Shown: piece after piece, positions 9,109-17,254 of the stretch
How positions within the stretch are numbered: the first letter of the stretch is position 1
Layout of the letters: the number at the start of each line of letters is the position of its first letter
Source of the DNA: an uncultured candidate division Zixibacteria bacterium
Lineage (GTDB): Bacteria; Zixibacteria; MSB-5A5; GN15; FEB-12
Reading direction: 5' to 3'
NCBI GenBank assembly: GCA_963806185.1
Contig: CAWDXE010000004.1
Span: forward strand, 288,001 to 352,000
DNA length: 64,000 nucleotides
Translations under genes and position numbers: made by a program
The notes under the pieces: generated by a model
What the model saw: the letters and a program-made list of their open reading frames with translations, nothing else
Databases searched by the model: none
What the model was told of the DNA's origin: nothing

Positions 9109-9981
9109 CTGAGTCGCAATCTCATCACTCGTATCATTGTCGCCATCGTGGCGATACCGATCATCCTCTGGCTCTGTTATCAGGGGGGGGTCTGGCTGTT
9201 TGGCCTGGTCTTGCTTTTGGCGATGATCGCGGCCACCGAGTTCCTCCTCAATGAGGGGCACCGACCCAATGCCGTGACGTTCTGGATCGGATTGCTGTTC
9301 ATACTCGTGAGCATGTTGTCCAACAGCCGTGGTCTGTTTCTCGGCACCTTTCTTGGCAATTGGGCCATTGCCATCACCACCGTCGACAGCTTCGTTTCGT
9401 TGTTTGTCATTCTCTTCATTATCACCGGAATGGGATTCGCCATCGGTCAGAAACCGCCGGCCGAGCTATTCGCTTCGCATGCGAGGCTGATGTGGGGCCT
9501 CTTGTATCTCGGTCTGCTGTATCCCTACGTTTACGCGGTGGGAGAAAGCGCCGAGTACCTTACTTCGGGTTCCTCGCTTGGCGGTGACTGGTTGCTCTTC
9601 CTCTTTGGTGTTCTGTGGGTTGGGGACACGGCCGCCATGGGTATCGGTTCGTGGCTGGGCCGGCACAAACTGGCTCCGGGAGTTTCCCCGAACAAGACAG
9701 TGGAGGGATTCATCGGCGGGCTGATCGGCGCGGTACTTGTCGGCATTCTCATGACGTTCTGGCGCTTGAGTGCGATCCCGATCACCGATCTGGTCGCTGT
9801 CGCTCTCGGCTGCTCGCTGTGCGGTCAACTCGGTGACCTGGTGGAGTCGATGTGGAAACGCTCGCTCGGGATCAAGGATTCTTCCGCCCTGATCCCCGGC
9901 CATGGCGGCATGCTGGATCGGTTTGACTCGCTCCTCTTTGCGGCACCCTTTATGTATTTTTACATGGTGGTCTTCCTGTGA
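9109..9981 (+). CDS. cdsA: Phosphatidate cytidylyltransferase (probable CTG start at 9109)
   Basis: DTAA, HKLAPGVSPNKTVEG, GDLVES.WKR..GIKDS..LIPGHGG.LDRFDS. Confidence 0.93.
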   Translation: MSRNLITRIIVAIVAIPIILWLCYQGGVWLFGLVLLLAMIAATEFLLNEGHRPNAVTFWIGLLFILVSMLSNSRGLFLGTFLGNWAIAITTVDSFVSLFVILFIITGMGFAIGQKPPAELFASHARLMWGLLYLGLLYPYVYAVGESAEYLTSGSSLGGDWLLFLFGVLWVGDTAAMGIGSWLGRHKLAPGVSPNKTVEGFIGGLIGAVLVGILMTFWRLSAIPITDLVAVALGCSLCGQLGDLVESMWKRSLGIKDSSALIPGHGGMLDRFDSLLFAAPFMYFYMVVFL

Positions 9982-10895
9982 TGCGCGTGGCCGACTGGTT
10001 CTTCGCCGCTCGACCGCTCCTGCACATCCCCGGCTGGTCCATCTTCCTGGTCGCCTTGCACTACCACCATCAACTGGCTTTGCAGCACTTCGATTGGCGC
10101 GACGGCGCAATGATCTTCGCCTTAAGCCTGCTGGCGGCGGGTGGTTTCTACCTCAATCAAGTGACCGATCTCGAATCCGACCGGATCAATCGGAAGTGCT
10201 TCTTTCTTCCGTTCGGCATTTTCCAACGAGTGCATTTTGGAGCTGCGTTTGTGGTCTGCTCCGTGGTCGCCATCGGTCTGACCGCAATCACGTCCGCGGT
10301 CGGGCTCTTGATCGCCATCCAACTGTTTGTACTCATGTACCTGTACTCCGCGTATCCGTTCCGTTGGAAAGATCGTATGCTCGGCGGTCTGTTTGTCAAC
10401 GCCTACGGCAACGGGTTTCTGGTCGCCATGGCCGTCATGCCGGAACTGCGCATCGACAACGCTGGCCTTCTGGGCTGGGATAATCCCTTCTATTTCCTGT
10501 TTGCGGTAGGGGGAACCTATGTCCTGACGACTATCCCGGACAGGGAGGGAGACCGGCTCACGGGAAAGGGAACCCTCTCCGTACGACTCGGGCAAAACAC
10601 GTCGCTGCTCGCGGCTGCAGCTCTGTTCCTGTTCGCGGCGCGTGTGGCCTATACCGACGGACGGATGCCTCTGACGGCGATTGCCTTCATCGCCGCCGCG
10701 TTAAGTCTGGTTGCGCTGGTCGTGTCGAGACGAGCCTGGCTCATGCTGGCGATCAAAGCGCCGATTCTCGCTCTTGCGTTGCTGGCGGGGTGGTTCTACC
10801 CGGAGTATCTCGGATTTCTTGTTGTTCTTGTTTTTGCAGCCCGGCTATATTACCGGAAACGATTTGGCATGAGCTACCCGCAGTTGGCCGCATGA
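9981..10895 (+). CDS. UbiA-superfamily membrane prenyltransferase
   Basis: Aspartate-rich motifs NQVTDLESDRIN and PDREGDRLTGKGTL, YSAYPFRWK, multiple TM helices. Confidence 0.85.
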   Translation: MRVADWFFAARPLLHIPGWSIFLVALHYHHQLALQHFDWRDGAMIFALSLLAAGGFYLNQVTDLESDRINRKCFFLPFGIFQRVHFGAAFVVCSVVAIGLTAITSAVGLLIAIQLFVLMYLYSAYPFRWKDRMLGGLFVNAYGNGFLVAMAVMPELRIDNAGLLGWDNPFYFLFAVGGTYVLTTIPDREGDRLTGKGTLSVRLGQNTSLLAAAALFLFAARVAYTDGRMPLTAIAFIAAALSLVALVVSRRAWLMLAIKAPILALALLAGWFYPEYLGFLVVLVFAARLYYRKRFGMSYPQLAA

Positions 10896-11452
10896 AGCTA
10901 TTCATAAGCGTCATTTTGACCGCGTCACTATTCGGCTGTACGCCGTATCCGCGCTATGGGGCCGGGGGAGCGCCGAGCGCCAAACCGCTTGCCGACGAAC
11001 AGGCGAGTTTCAAAACCAACGACGTCCTCAAGTTGGGGATGATCATGCAGATGTACCTCGGCAAACCCTACAAGGGTACGTCAAAATTCATCGACGGGGT
11101 CGACTGCTCCCTCTTTACCCAGCAGGTCTTTCGTGAGTTCAACCAGACCAGCCTTCCGCGCACCGCAGCCGAGCAATTTGCCGTTGGCGTAGAAGCCCCT
11201 CGGCGCACCCTTGAATTTGGTGATCTTGTATTTTTCATAACGGAACGCGACAAAGTGTCCCACGTCGGCATCTACATCGGCGCCAACCAGTTCATGCACG
11301 CTACCGACTCATACGGAGTGATCATCAGCTCCCTCAACGAGAATTACTGGGTTAAACGGTTTGTCGGCGCGCGCCGCATACTCGGAGTGAATACCGTGAA
11401 CCCGGATCGGGAGAAACGCGTTAGGACTGGATATGGACGCGCGGATGGCTGA
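10892..11452 (+). CDS. NlpC/P60 cell-wall peptidase lipoprotein
   Basis: Lipobox LFGC; DCS, LPRTA..Q, GDLVFF, HVGIY and FMHA motifs. Confidence 0.9.
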   Translation: MKLFISVILTASLFGCTPYPRYGAGGAPSAKPLADEQASFKTNDVLKLGMIMQMYLGKPYKGTSKFIDGVDCSLFTQQVFREFNQTSLPRTAAEQFAVGVEAPRRTLEFGDLVFFITERDKVSHVGIYIGANQFMHATDSYGVIISSLNENYWVKRFVGARRILGVNTVNPDREKRVRTGYGRADG

Positions 11453-13307
11453 CCTCGAGACTAAGCTGAAAACTCTCCCGGATTCACCCGGTTGCTACAT
11501 CTTCAAAAACGTCTCCGGGAAAATCCTCTACATCGGCAAGGCGAAATCACTCAAAAATCGAGTGCGAAGCTACTTCTCGAATTCGCACCGCGACGCCAAA
11601 ACCGCCCGCCTCGTTCCACAGATTGCCGATTTTGACACGCTTGTCACGAACAACGAAATCGAGTCATTTATTCTCGAAGCCAATCTGATTCATGAATACA
11701 AGCCACGCTACAATATCCAGCTCAAGGATGATAAGCACTTCCCCTATGTGAAAGTCACCACCAATGAGGCCTTTCCGCGCGTCTTGATCGTACGCCGTCT
11801 GGAAAAGGACGGCGCTACCTATTTCGGCCCCTATACGTCGGCCAAGTCCATGCGTCAGGCAGTCGGCTTTCTCACTCGCTTGTTCACCATTCGCACCTGC
11901 AATCTTGCTATACCATCGCCAAGCGGGAAGCCGTACCAGGTCTGTCTCGACTATCACATTAAACGGTGCGGGGGACCTTGTGCTGGATTCCAGTCGCAGG
12001 AGGAATACGGCGAGCTGGTGAAGTCGCTCATGATGGCGCTCAAGGGGCAGTCGAAACAGTTGATCGAACGGCTCACTATCCGCATGAAAGCCGCCTCGGA
12101 GGAGATGAATTTCGAGGAGGCCAAATTCGCCCGCGACCAGATTGAGGCCCTGCGCACGGCGATGGTCAAGCAGAACGTCGATATCGGCGAGCTGGTCGAC
12201 CGGGACATTGTAGCGCTGGCTCGCGAAGGCACCGAAGTCATCGCCGTGGTTATGCAGGTGCGTGACGGTGTGCTGCTGGGTCGCCAGGAATTCCGGCTGC
12301 ATGCGGAAGTTGAAGACCCAGACGAGCAAGTGCTCGAGGGATTCATCGCGCAATACTACAACCACCAGCCAAACCTTCCGTCGGAGATTCTCCTCCCGCG
12401 CGAGTTGCCGGAACCGAAACTGACCGAGGAAATGCTCCGCAAACTGCACGGCGCCAGAATCCGGCTGGTTACACCCCGGATCGGCGAGAAATGGGCGCTG
12501 GTTGATCTGGCCAATACCAACGCTCGGCATGTGCTCGACGAGCTGCTCATTCAGAAGAAGATGCAGTCCGACCGCACCAGCAAAATGGTCACCTCACTGA
12601 AAGATGAACTGCACCTCCCCGAATCGCCCCGCACCATGGTCTGCTTTGACATCTCGAACACGGGGGAGACCGACAGTGTTGGGTCGTGCGTCTATTTCGA
12701 GAACGGAAAGCCGAAGAAGGGGGAGTATCGGCATTTCAAAATCAAAGGCGTGATTGGCCAGGATGATTTCACGATGATGCGCGAAATTGTCGGGCGGTAC
12801 TTCTTTCGACTGAAAGAAGAGAGCAAGGAACCGCCCTACTTGGTGGTGGTCGACGGGGGCAAGGGTCAGTTGTCCGCCGCCCAGGCGGAGTTGCTGAGTC
12901 TTGGCTTTGAAAAACAACAAATCATCTCTCTCGCCAAGCGACTTGAGGAAGTCTATTTGCCGGGGCTGTCCGATCCGATTTCGATTCCCAAAGCTTCACC
13001 CGGGTTGATGTTGCTCAAACGGGTTCGCGACGAAGCTCACCGGTTTGCCATCGAGTACAATCGCAAGGTTCGCACCAAGCGGACCATTCAGTCGGAACTC
13101 GATTCGATTCCCGGTGTGGGACCGGCGAAGCGGTTTGCACTCTTGAAGGAATTTGGCTCAGTGGAGCGGATTCGTCAGGCGAAACCGGAAGATCTGGTGA
13201 AAGTGAAGGGGATTACTGCGAACCTCGCCGCGAGAGTCCTGGCGCATCTTGGCGGCTCGATTTCCCCGTCGGCTGATTCAGTTTCTCAGCCGCCCCCTAC
13301 AGCGTAG
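11433..13307 (+). CDS. uvrC: Excinuclease ABC subunit C (start may be 11445)
   Basis: GIY-YIG LYIGKAKSL..RV.SY, FDISN, VDGGKGQL, RDEAHRFA, C-terminal HhH. Confidence 0.97.
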   Translation: MDARMADLETKLKTLPDSPGCYIFKNVSGKILYIGKAKSLKNRVRSYFSNSHRDAKTARLVPQIADFDTLVTNNEIESFILEANLIHEYKPRYNIQLKDDKHFPYVKVTTNEAFPRVLIVRRLEKDGATYFGPYTSAKSMRQAVGFLTRLFTIRTCNLAIPSPSGKPYQVCLDYHIKRCGGPCAGFQSQEEYGELVKSLMMALKGQSKQLIERLTIRMKAASEEMNFEEAKFARDQIEALRTAMVKQNVDIGELVDRDIVALAREGTEVIAVVMQVRDGVLLGRQEFRLHAEVEDPDEQVLEGFIAQYYNHQPNLPSEILLPRELPEPKLTEEMLRKLHGARIRLVTPRIGEKWALVDLANTNARHVLDELLIQKKMQSDRTSKMVTSLKDELHLPESPRTMVCFDISNTGETDSVGSCVYFENGKPKKGEYRHFKIKGVIGQDDFTMMREIVGRYFFRLKEESKEPPYLVVVDGGKGQLSAAQAELLSLGFEKQQIISLAKRLEEVYLPGLSDPISIPKASPGLMLLKRVRDEAHRFAIEYNRKVRTKRTIQSELDSIPGVGPAKRFALLKEFGSVERIRQAKPEDLVKVKGITANLAARVLAHLGGSISPSADSVSQPPPTA

Positions 13308-14808
13308 CCTCAACAAACACCTCTTCCGACTCGGCGTGTCTGCCCGCGTTATCGATCGCCGCCACCATGTATGTGTGCGCCTCGTGATCGTCGCGCATAT
13401 CCTCGTACCTGAACCCCGCCAAATCTGTCTGCGGCGAATGAGGCGTTGACGCATGCATGCGCCCATCGACCAGGATTTCATATCGCTTCAGCGGCTGATC
13501 ACCCGCGATCGCTGTTTGCCAGTTCAGCGAAACGCGCCGTCTGTTTCCCTCGCGTACCTGCACCACTTTCAGGCCTTTTGGCCCAATCATCTGATTGCGC
13601 GGTACCTGAAAATAGTTCGTGCGCCCCTGCTTGACCTCATGAGCGAGGTTTTCGATTTCAAGACGGCGGTAATCACTCGACGGCATATCAATCTGTGCTG
13701 CCCGCAAATCGTATTCGAGCTGGCACCGCTTCGGATCGGTGTCGATCTTGCCTATCCCCACAATGCATATGTCCACTCCGGGGGTAGTCAGCGTATACTC
13801 GATCAACGCCTCCGCCGGCATAGTTCGCGTGCCGGTGTGTTTCACCACTCCGAATTCCGCCTCGGACCAGTTCGCCGGGCGCTCATACATGGCGCCGTTG
13901 GAGAAAACCTTCATTCCGATCACGCCGATCCCCTTGGCCGCCGCCACAGGAACGACATTGTATTGATGATTGAGATAGAGGCGATCATTGGCATTGACCG
14001 CCACCAGCAGCGTGTCGAAAACTCCCTGGCTGTCCCGCTGAATGCAATCCATGAGTACCGGCGACGACCAGTGGCCGGTGAGCCCGATATGCCGGATGAG
14101 CTTCTCTTCCCTGGGATTGAGCCCGGTTCTGTTTGTGCCATCACGAAAGTCGAGCAGTCCAGCGAGGGCGCCGATCTGCTCATCTTTGGGGTCAGGGTTT
14201 TCGAGCCCCTGATATATTGCCTCCACCTCGATATGTTTATCGAGCGAATGCACCTGCACGCAATCGAGATATGCCCCGGCCGGATACCCACCCTGACCGT
14301 CGCCGAACATCAGCGATAACGACCGTTTGACATCGCTCACGGCGGTCGCCTGCGGACCGCCGCTTGACGAATGGGCCACACCGGCGACGCGTGTTCCCTT
14401 GGCGTGACGGATCATCGACTTGGTCGCCACAAACAGGCCGTTTCTGCGCCGTTCGTCATACCCCGGCAAACCGGGAACGACGTTGATCCGACGAAAGGCT
14501 TCACCAAAATGCGCCTGGCTCTTGCCGTAGATATTGGACGTGTCGATGTAATTCACGCCGAGCTCGAGCGCCTTGAGGATGATCTCCACCGGTTGCGCCT
14601 CTTGTGGCGTCCATTGAAGTGAGCCCTGGCCGCCCAGTCCGAGCGTTGTCGCCTGAAAACCGGTGCGCCCGAGTGGACGCGTCAGCGGATCGCTGACCGA
14701 ATATCCACCCAGAGACAAGTAAGGCGCGGCGATCACACCCGCTGTCGCAAGCGAGGCGGTCTTGAGAAAGTCGCGCCGCGTCACAATTTTCATTTTTGGG
14801 GAAGTCAT
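13297..14808 (-). CDS. Tat-exported aldo/keto reductase with C-terminal FN3-like domain
   Basis: TRRDFLK signal; RPLGRTG, GVNYIDTS..YG.S, FVATK, IRHIGLTGH, IGMKVF; C-terminal LNW...YEI...HTYMVAAIDNAG.S. Confidence 0.85.
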   Translation of the reverse strand: MTSPKMKIVTRRDFLKTASLATAGVIAAPYLSLGGYSVSDPLTRPLGRTGFQATTLGLGGQGSLQWTPQEAQPVEIILKALELGVNYIDTSNIYGKSQAHFGEAFRRINVVPGLPGYDERRRNGLFVATKSMIRHAKGTRVAGVAHSSSGGPQATAVSDVKRSLSLMFGDGQGGYPAGAYLDCVQVHSLDKHIEVEAIYQGLENPDPKDEQIGALAGLLDFRDGTNRTGLNPREEKLIRHIGLTGHWSSPVLMDCIQRDSQGVFDTLLVAVNANDRLYLNHQYNVVPVAAAKGIGVIGMKVFSNGAMYERPANWSEAEFGVVKHTGTRTMPAEALIEYTLTTPGVDICIVGIGKIDTDPKRCQLEYDLRAAQIDMPSSDYRRLEIENLAHEVKQGRTNYFQVPRNQMIGPKGLKVVQVREGNRRRVSLNWQTAIAGDQPLKRYEILVDGRMHASTPHSPQTDLAGFRYEDMRDDHEAHTYMVAAIDNAGRHAESEEVFVEATL

Positions 14809-14898
14809 ACCGGTATTTTACGGTTGGTGCCTGATTCATGCCAGTGAAAAGCGAAAGTGTTGATTGCCTTGCGCAAACCGCCCGACGTATCTTGGGGC

Positions 14899-16104
14899 AT
14901 GGCTGATATCCCCAAACCGTATACCGTCAGTGCCATCACCCGCATGATCAAGTCCCGGCTGGAGGAATCCTTTCAGGGAGTCTGGGTCGAGGGGGAGGTA
15001 TCCAATTATAAGCTGCATACCTCCGGACATCGGTATTTCGATCTCAAAGACGACAACGCGACAATCCGCTGCACGGTTTGGCGGTCCCAGGGGACGTACC
15101 TGAAATTCGAGCCGGAGAACGGCCAGAAGTTGCTCGCGTTCGGCGACATCTCGGTGTATGAAAAGCAGGGTTCCTACCAGCTCAATTGCCGCAAACTGGT
15201 GCCGGTCGGAGTAGGACCGCTGGAACTGGCCTTTCGTCAGTTGTTTGAGCGGCTCAGCAAGGAAGGACTGTTCGACGACGAGCGGAAGAAGCCGCTGCCG
15301 TTATATCCGCTGCGCATCGGCGTAGTTACCTCGCCCACTGGAGCGGCCGTGCGGGACATCATGCAAATCGCACAGCGACGTAATCACACGGTACAGCTCA
15401 TCCTGTATCCGGCGCAGGTTCAGGGTGATGGCGCCGAGAAGACGATTGCCGCCGGCATTGCCTACTTCAATTCCCGAAACGACATCGATCTCCTCATTGT
15501 CGGGAGGGGCGGAGGTTCAATGGAGGACCTCTGGCCGTTCAACACCGAGATCACGGTGCGTGCGATCGTGGGATCCAGAATCCCGATTATCTCAGCGGTC
15601 GGACATGAGATCGACACTACGCTGGCCGACTATGCCGCCGATCTTCGTGCGCCCACCCCGTCGGCGGCTGCCGAACTGGCGGTTTGGTCCCGGGATGAGT
15701 TTCAGCTCACGCTAAAGAGTATTGTAGCCGACCAGACAGCCTCTCTGAATGCGCTGGTTCGGCAAGCACGGCAGGATTTGACGAGTCTGCTCCGCCGCCC
15801 GGTGTATGTGCGCCCCATGGATTTCGTCAACCAACGCCGGCAGAGCCTCGACATGGAGCTTAGGGTGCTGGAAGCGGCGGGAAAAAACCGTTTTGACCAG
15901 CACAAAAACCGGCTATCTTTAGTTTTGGCCCGCTTGGAGTCGCTGTCGCCGTTGCAGGTTCTGGCGCGTGGCTATTCGGTGACACGGAGTTACGAGGATC
16001 GACGGGTCATTCGCTCCCGGGGACATGTTAAGGAAGGCGACCGCCTGGAGACTATTGTCGAAGACGGCCGAATCATATCACGAGTCGAAAAGACGGAAGA
16101 GTAA
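14899..16104 (+). CDS. xseA: Exodeoxyribonuclease VII large subunit
   Basis: VWVEGEVSN, SGHRYFDLKD, RGGGS.EDLW.FN, SAVGHE.D, RAPTPSAAAE. Confidence 0.96.
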   Translation: MADIPKPYTVSAITRMIKSRLEESFQGVWVEGEVSNYKLHTSGHRYFDLKDDNATIRCTVWRSQGTYLKFEPENGQKLLAFGDISVYEKQGSYQLNCRKLVPVGVGPLELAFRQLFERLSKEGLFDDERKKPLPLYPLRIGVVTSPTGAAVRDIMQIAQRRNHTVQLILYPAQVQGDGAEKTIAAGIAYFNSRNDIDLLIVGRGGGSMEDLWPFNTEITVRAIVGSRIPIISAVGHEIDTTLADYAADLRAPTPSAAAELAVWSRDEFQLTLKSIVADQTASLNALVRQARQDLTSLLRRPVYVRPMDFVNQRRQSLDMELRVLEAAGKNRFDQHKNRLSLVLARLESLSPLQVLARGYSVTRSYEDRRVIRSRGHVKEGDRLETIVEDGRIISRVEKTEE

Positions 16105-16106
16105 CT

Positions 16107-16370
16107 ATGACAGCCAGTACATCCACCGCCGGGCAGAAATCGTATAAGGACTATGAGTCCGCTGTGGCCCGACTGGAAGAAATAACCGGCCTGTTGGAGG
16201 CGGGGGAAACCAGCCTCGAAGAGGCCATCAAGCTGTATTCGGAGGGACTGGAGATCGCCCAGTTCTGCGATAAGAAACTCTCTGAAGCCGAGGCCAAGAT
16301 AAAAGTCATCACCGAAAAGAACGGCGTCCTCTCCGAGATGGATTTCGGTGAACGGGAGGAGTCAGACTGA
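16107..16370 (+). CDS. xseB: Exodeoxyribonuclease VII small subunit
   Basis: YESAVARLEEI..LE.G..SLEEA..LYSEG..C..KL..AE; follows xseA. Confidence 0.92.
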   Translation: MTASTSTAGQKSYKDYESAVARLEEITGLLEAGETSLEEAIKLYSEGLEIAQFCDKKLSEAEAKIKVITEKNGVLSEMDFGEREESD

Positions 16371-17254
16371 TGCCGGCGCCAGCGCTCGACGGCCAGGTGT
16401 TCTTCCAAAGCACTCGTCAACTGACTGAAAGCCTTCTGGATCGCTACCTGCCGTCCCCGCAGACTCATCCCCAACTGCTGCACGAAGCCATGCGGTATTC
16501 CGTTCTCGCGGGAGGGAAGAGGTTGCGTCCAAGTCTGGCTCTGGCGTCGTACGAGTACTGTGGTGGAAAGGCGTGCTCAACCGACGACCCGATTCACTTT
16601 GCGATGGCCGGGCTGGAGATTGTTCATACGTACTCGCTTATTCACGATGATTTGCCGTGCATGGACGACGATGATCTTCGTCGCGGAATCCCCACTTGCC
16701 ACAAGAAGTTCGGCGAGGCAATTGCCGTGCTGGCCGGCGACGCCTTACATGTGGTCGCTTTCCAACTGATGGCCCGAACCGGCCGGACCGAATGTGTAAT
16801 GGAGCTGGCTGACGCGGTCGGTACGTCCGGCATGATCGGTGGGCAGATTGCCGATGTTGAGGCCGAAGGGAAACCGGTTAGCCGCGAAGATGTTATCTTT
16901 ATACACACCCGTAAGACCGGAGCTTTGATTCGCGGAAGTGTGCGGATAGGAGCGATCCTGGCAGGTGCGGATGCGCCGAAGCTGGCCCACCTCACGACCT
17001 ATGGTGAGAAGATCGGCCTCGCCTTCCAGATTATCGATGATGTACTGGATGTCGAGGGCGACCAGGAAAAACTGGGTAAGGAGATTGGTTCGGACAGCAA
17101 GAATCAGAAGGCAACCTACCCGGGTGTAGTGGGTATGAAGAAGGCGCGGGAAGATGCGTCACGGCTTATCGACGAAGCGTTGAACTGCTTTGATGCTTAC
17201 GACGACAACGTGCTTAAGTACATGGCCCGGTTTATTGGGCAACGAGAAAGATGA
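16370..17254 (+). CDS. ispA: Farnesyl/geranylgeranyl diphosphate synthase
   Basis: GGKRLRP, SLIHDDLPCMDDDDLRRG, KTG, FQIIDDVLD. Confidence 0.93.
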   Translation: MPAPALDGQVFFQSTRQLTESLLDRYLPSPQTHPQLLHEAMRYSVLAGGKRLRPSLALASYEYCGGKACSTDDPIHFAMAGLEIVHTYSLIHDDLPCMDDDDLRRGIPTCHKKFGEAIAVLAGDALHVVAFQLMARTGRTECVMELADAVGTSGMIGGQIADVEAEGKPVSREDVIFIHTRKTGALIRGSVRIGAILAGADAPKLAHLTTYGEKIGLAFQIIDDVLDVEGDQEKLGKEIGSDSKNQKATYPGVVGMKKAREDASRLIDEALNCFDAYDDNVLKYMARFIGQRER

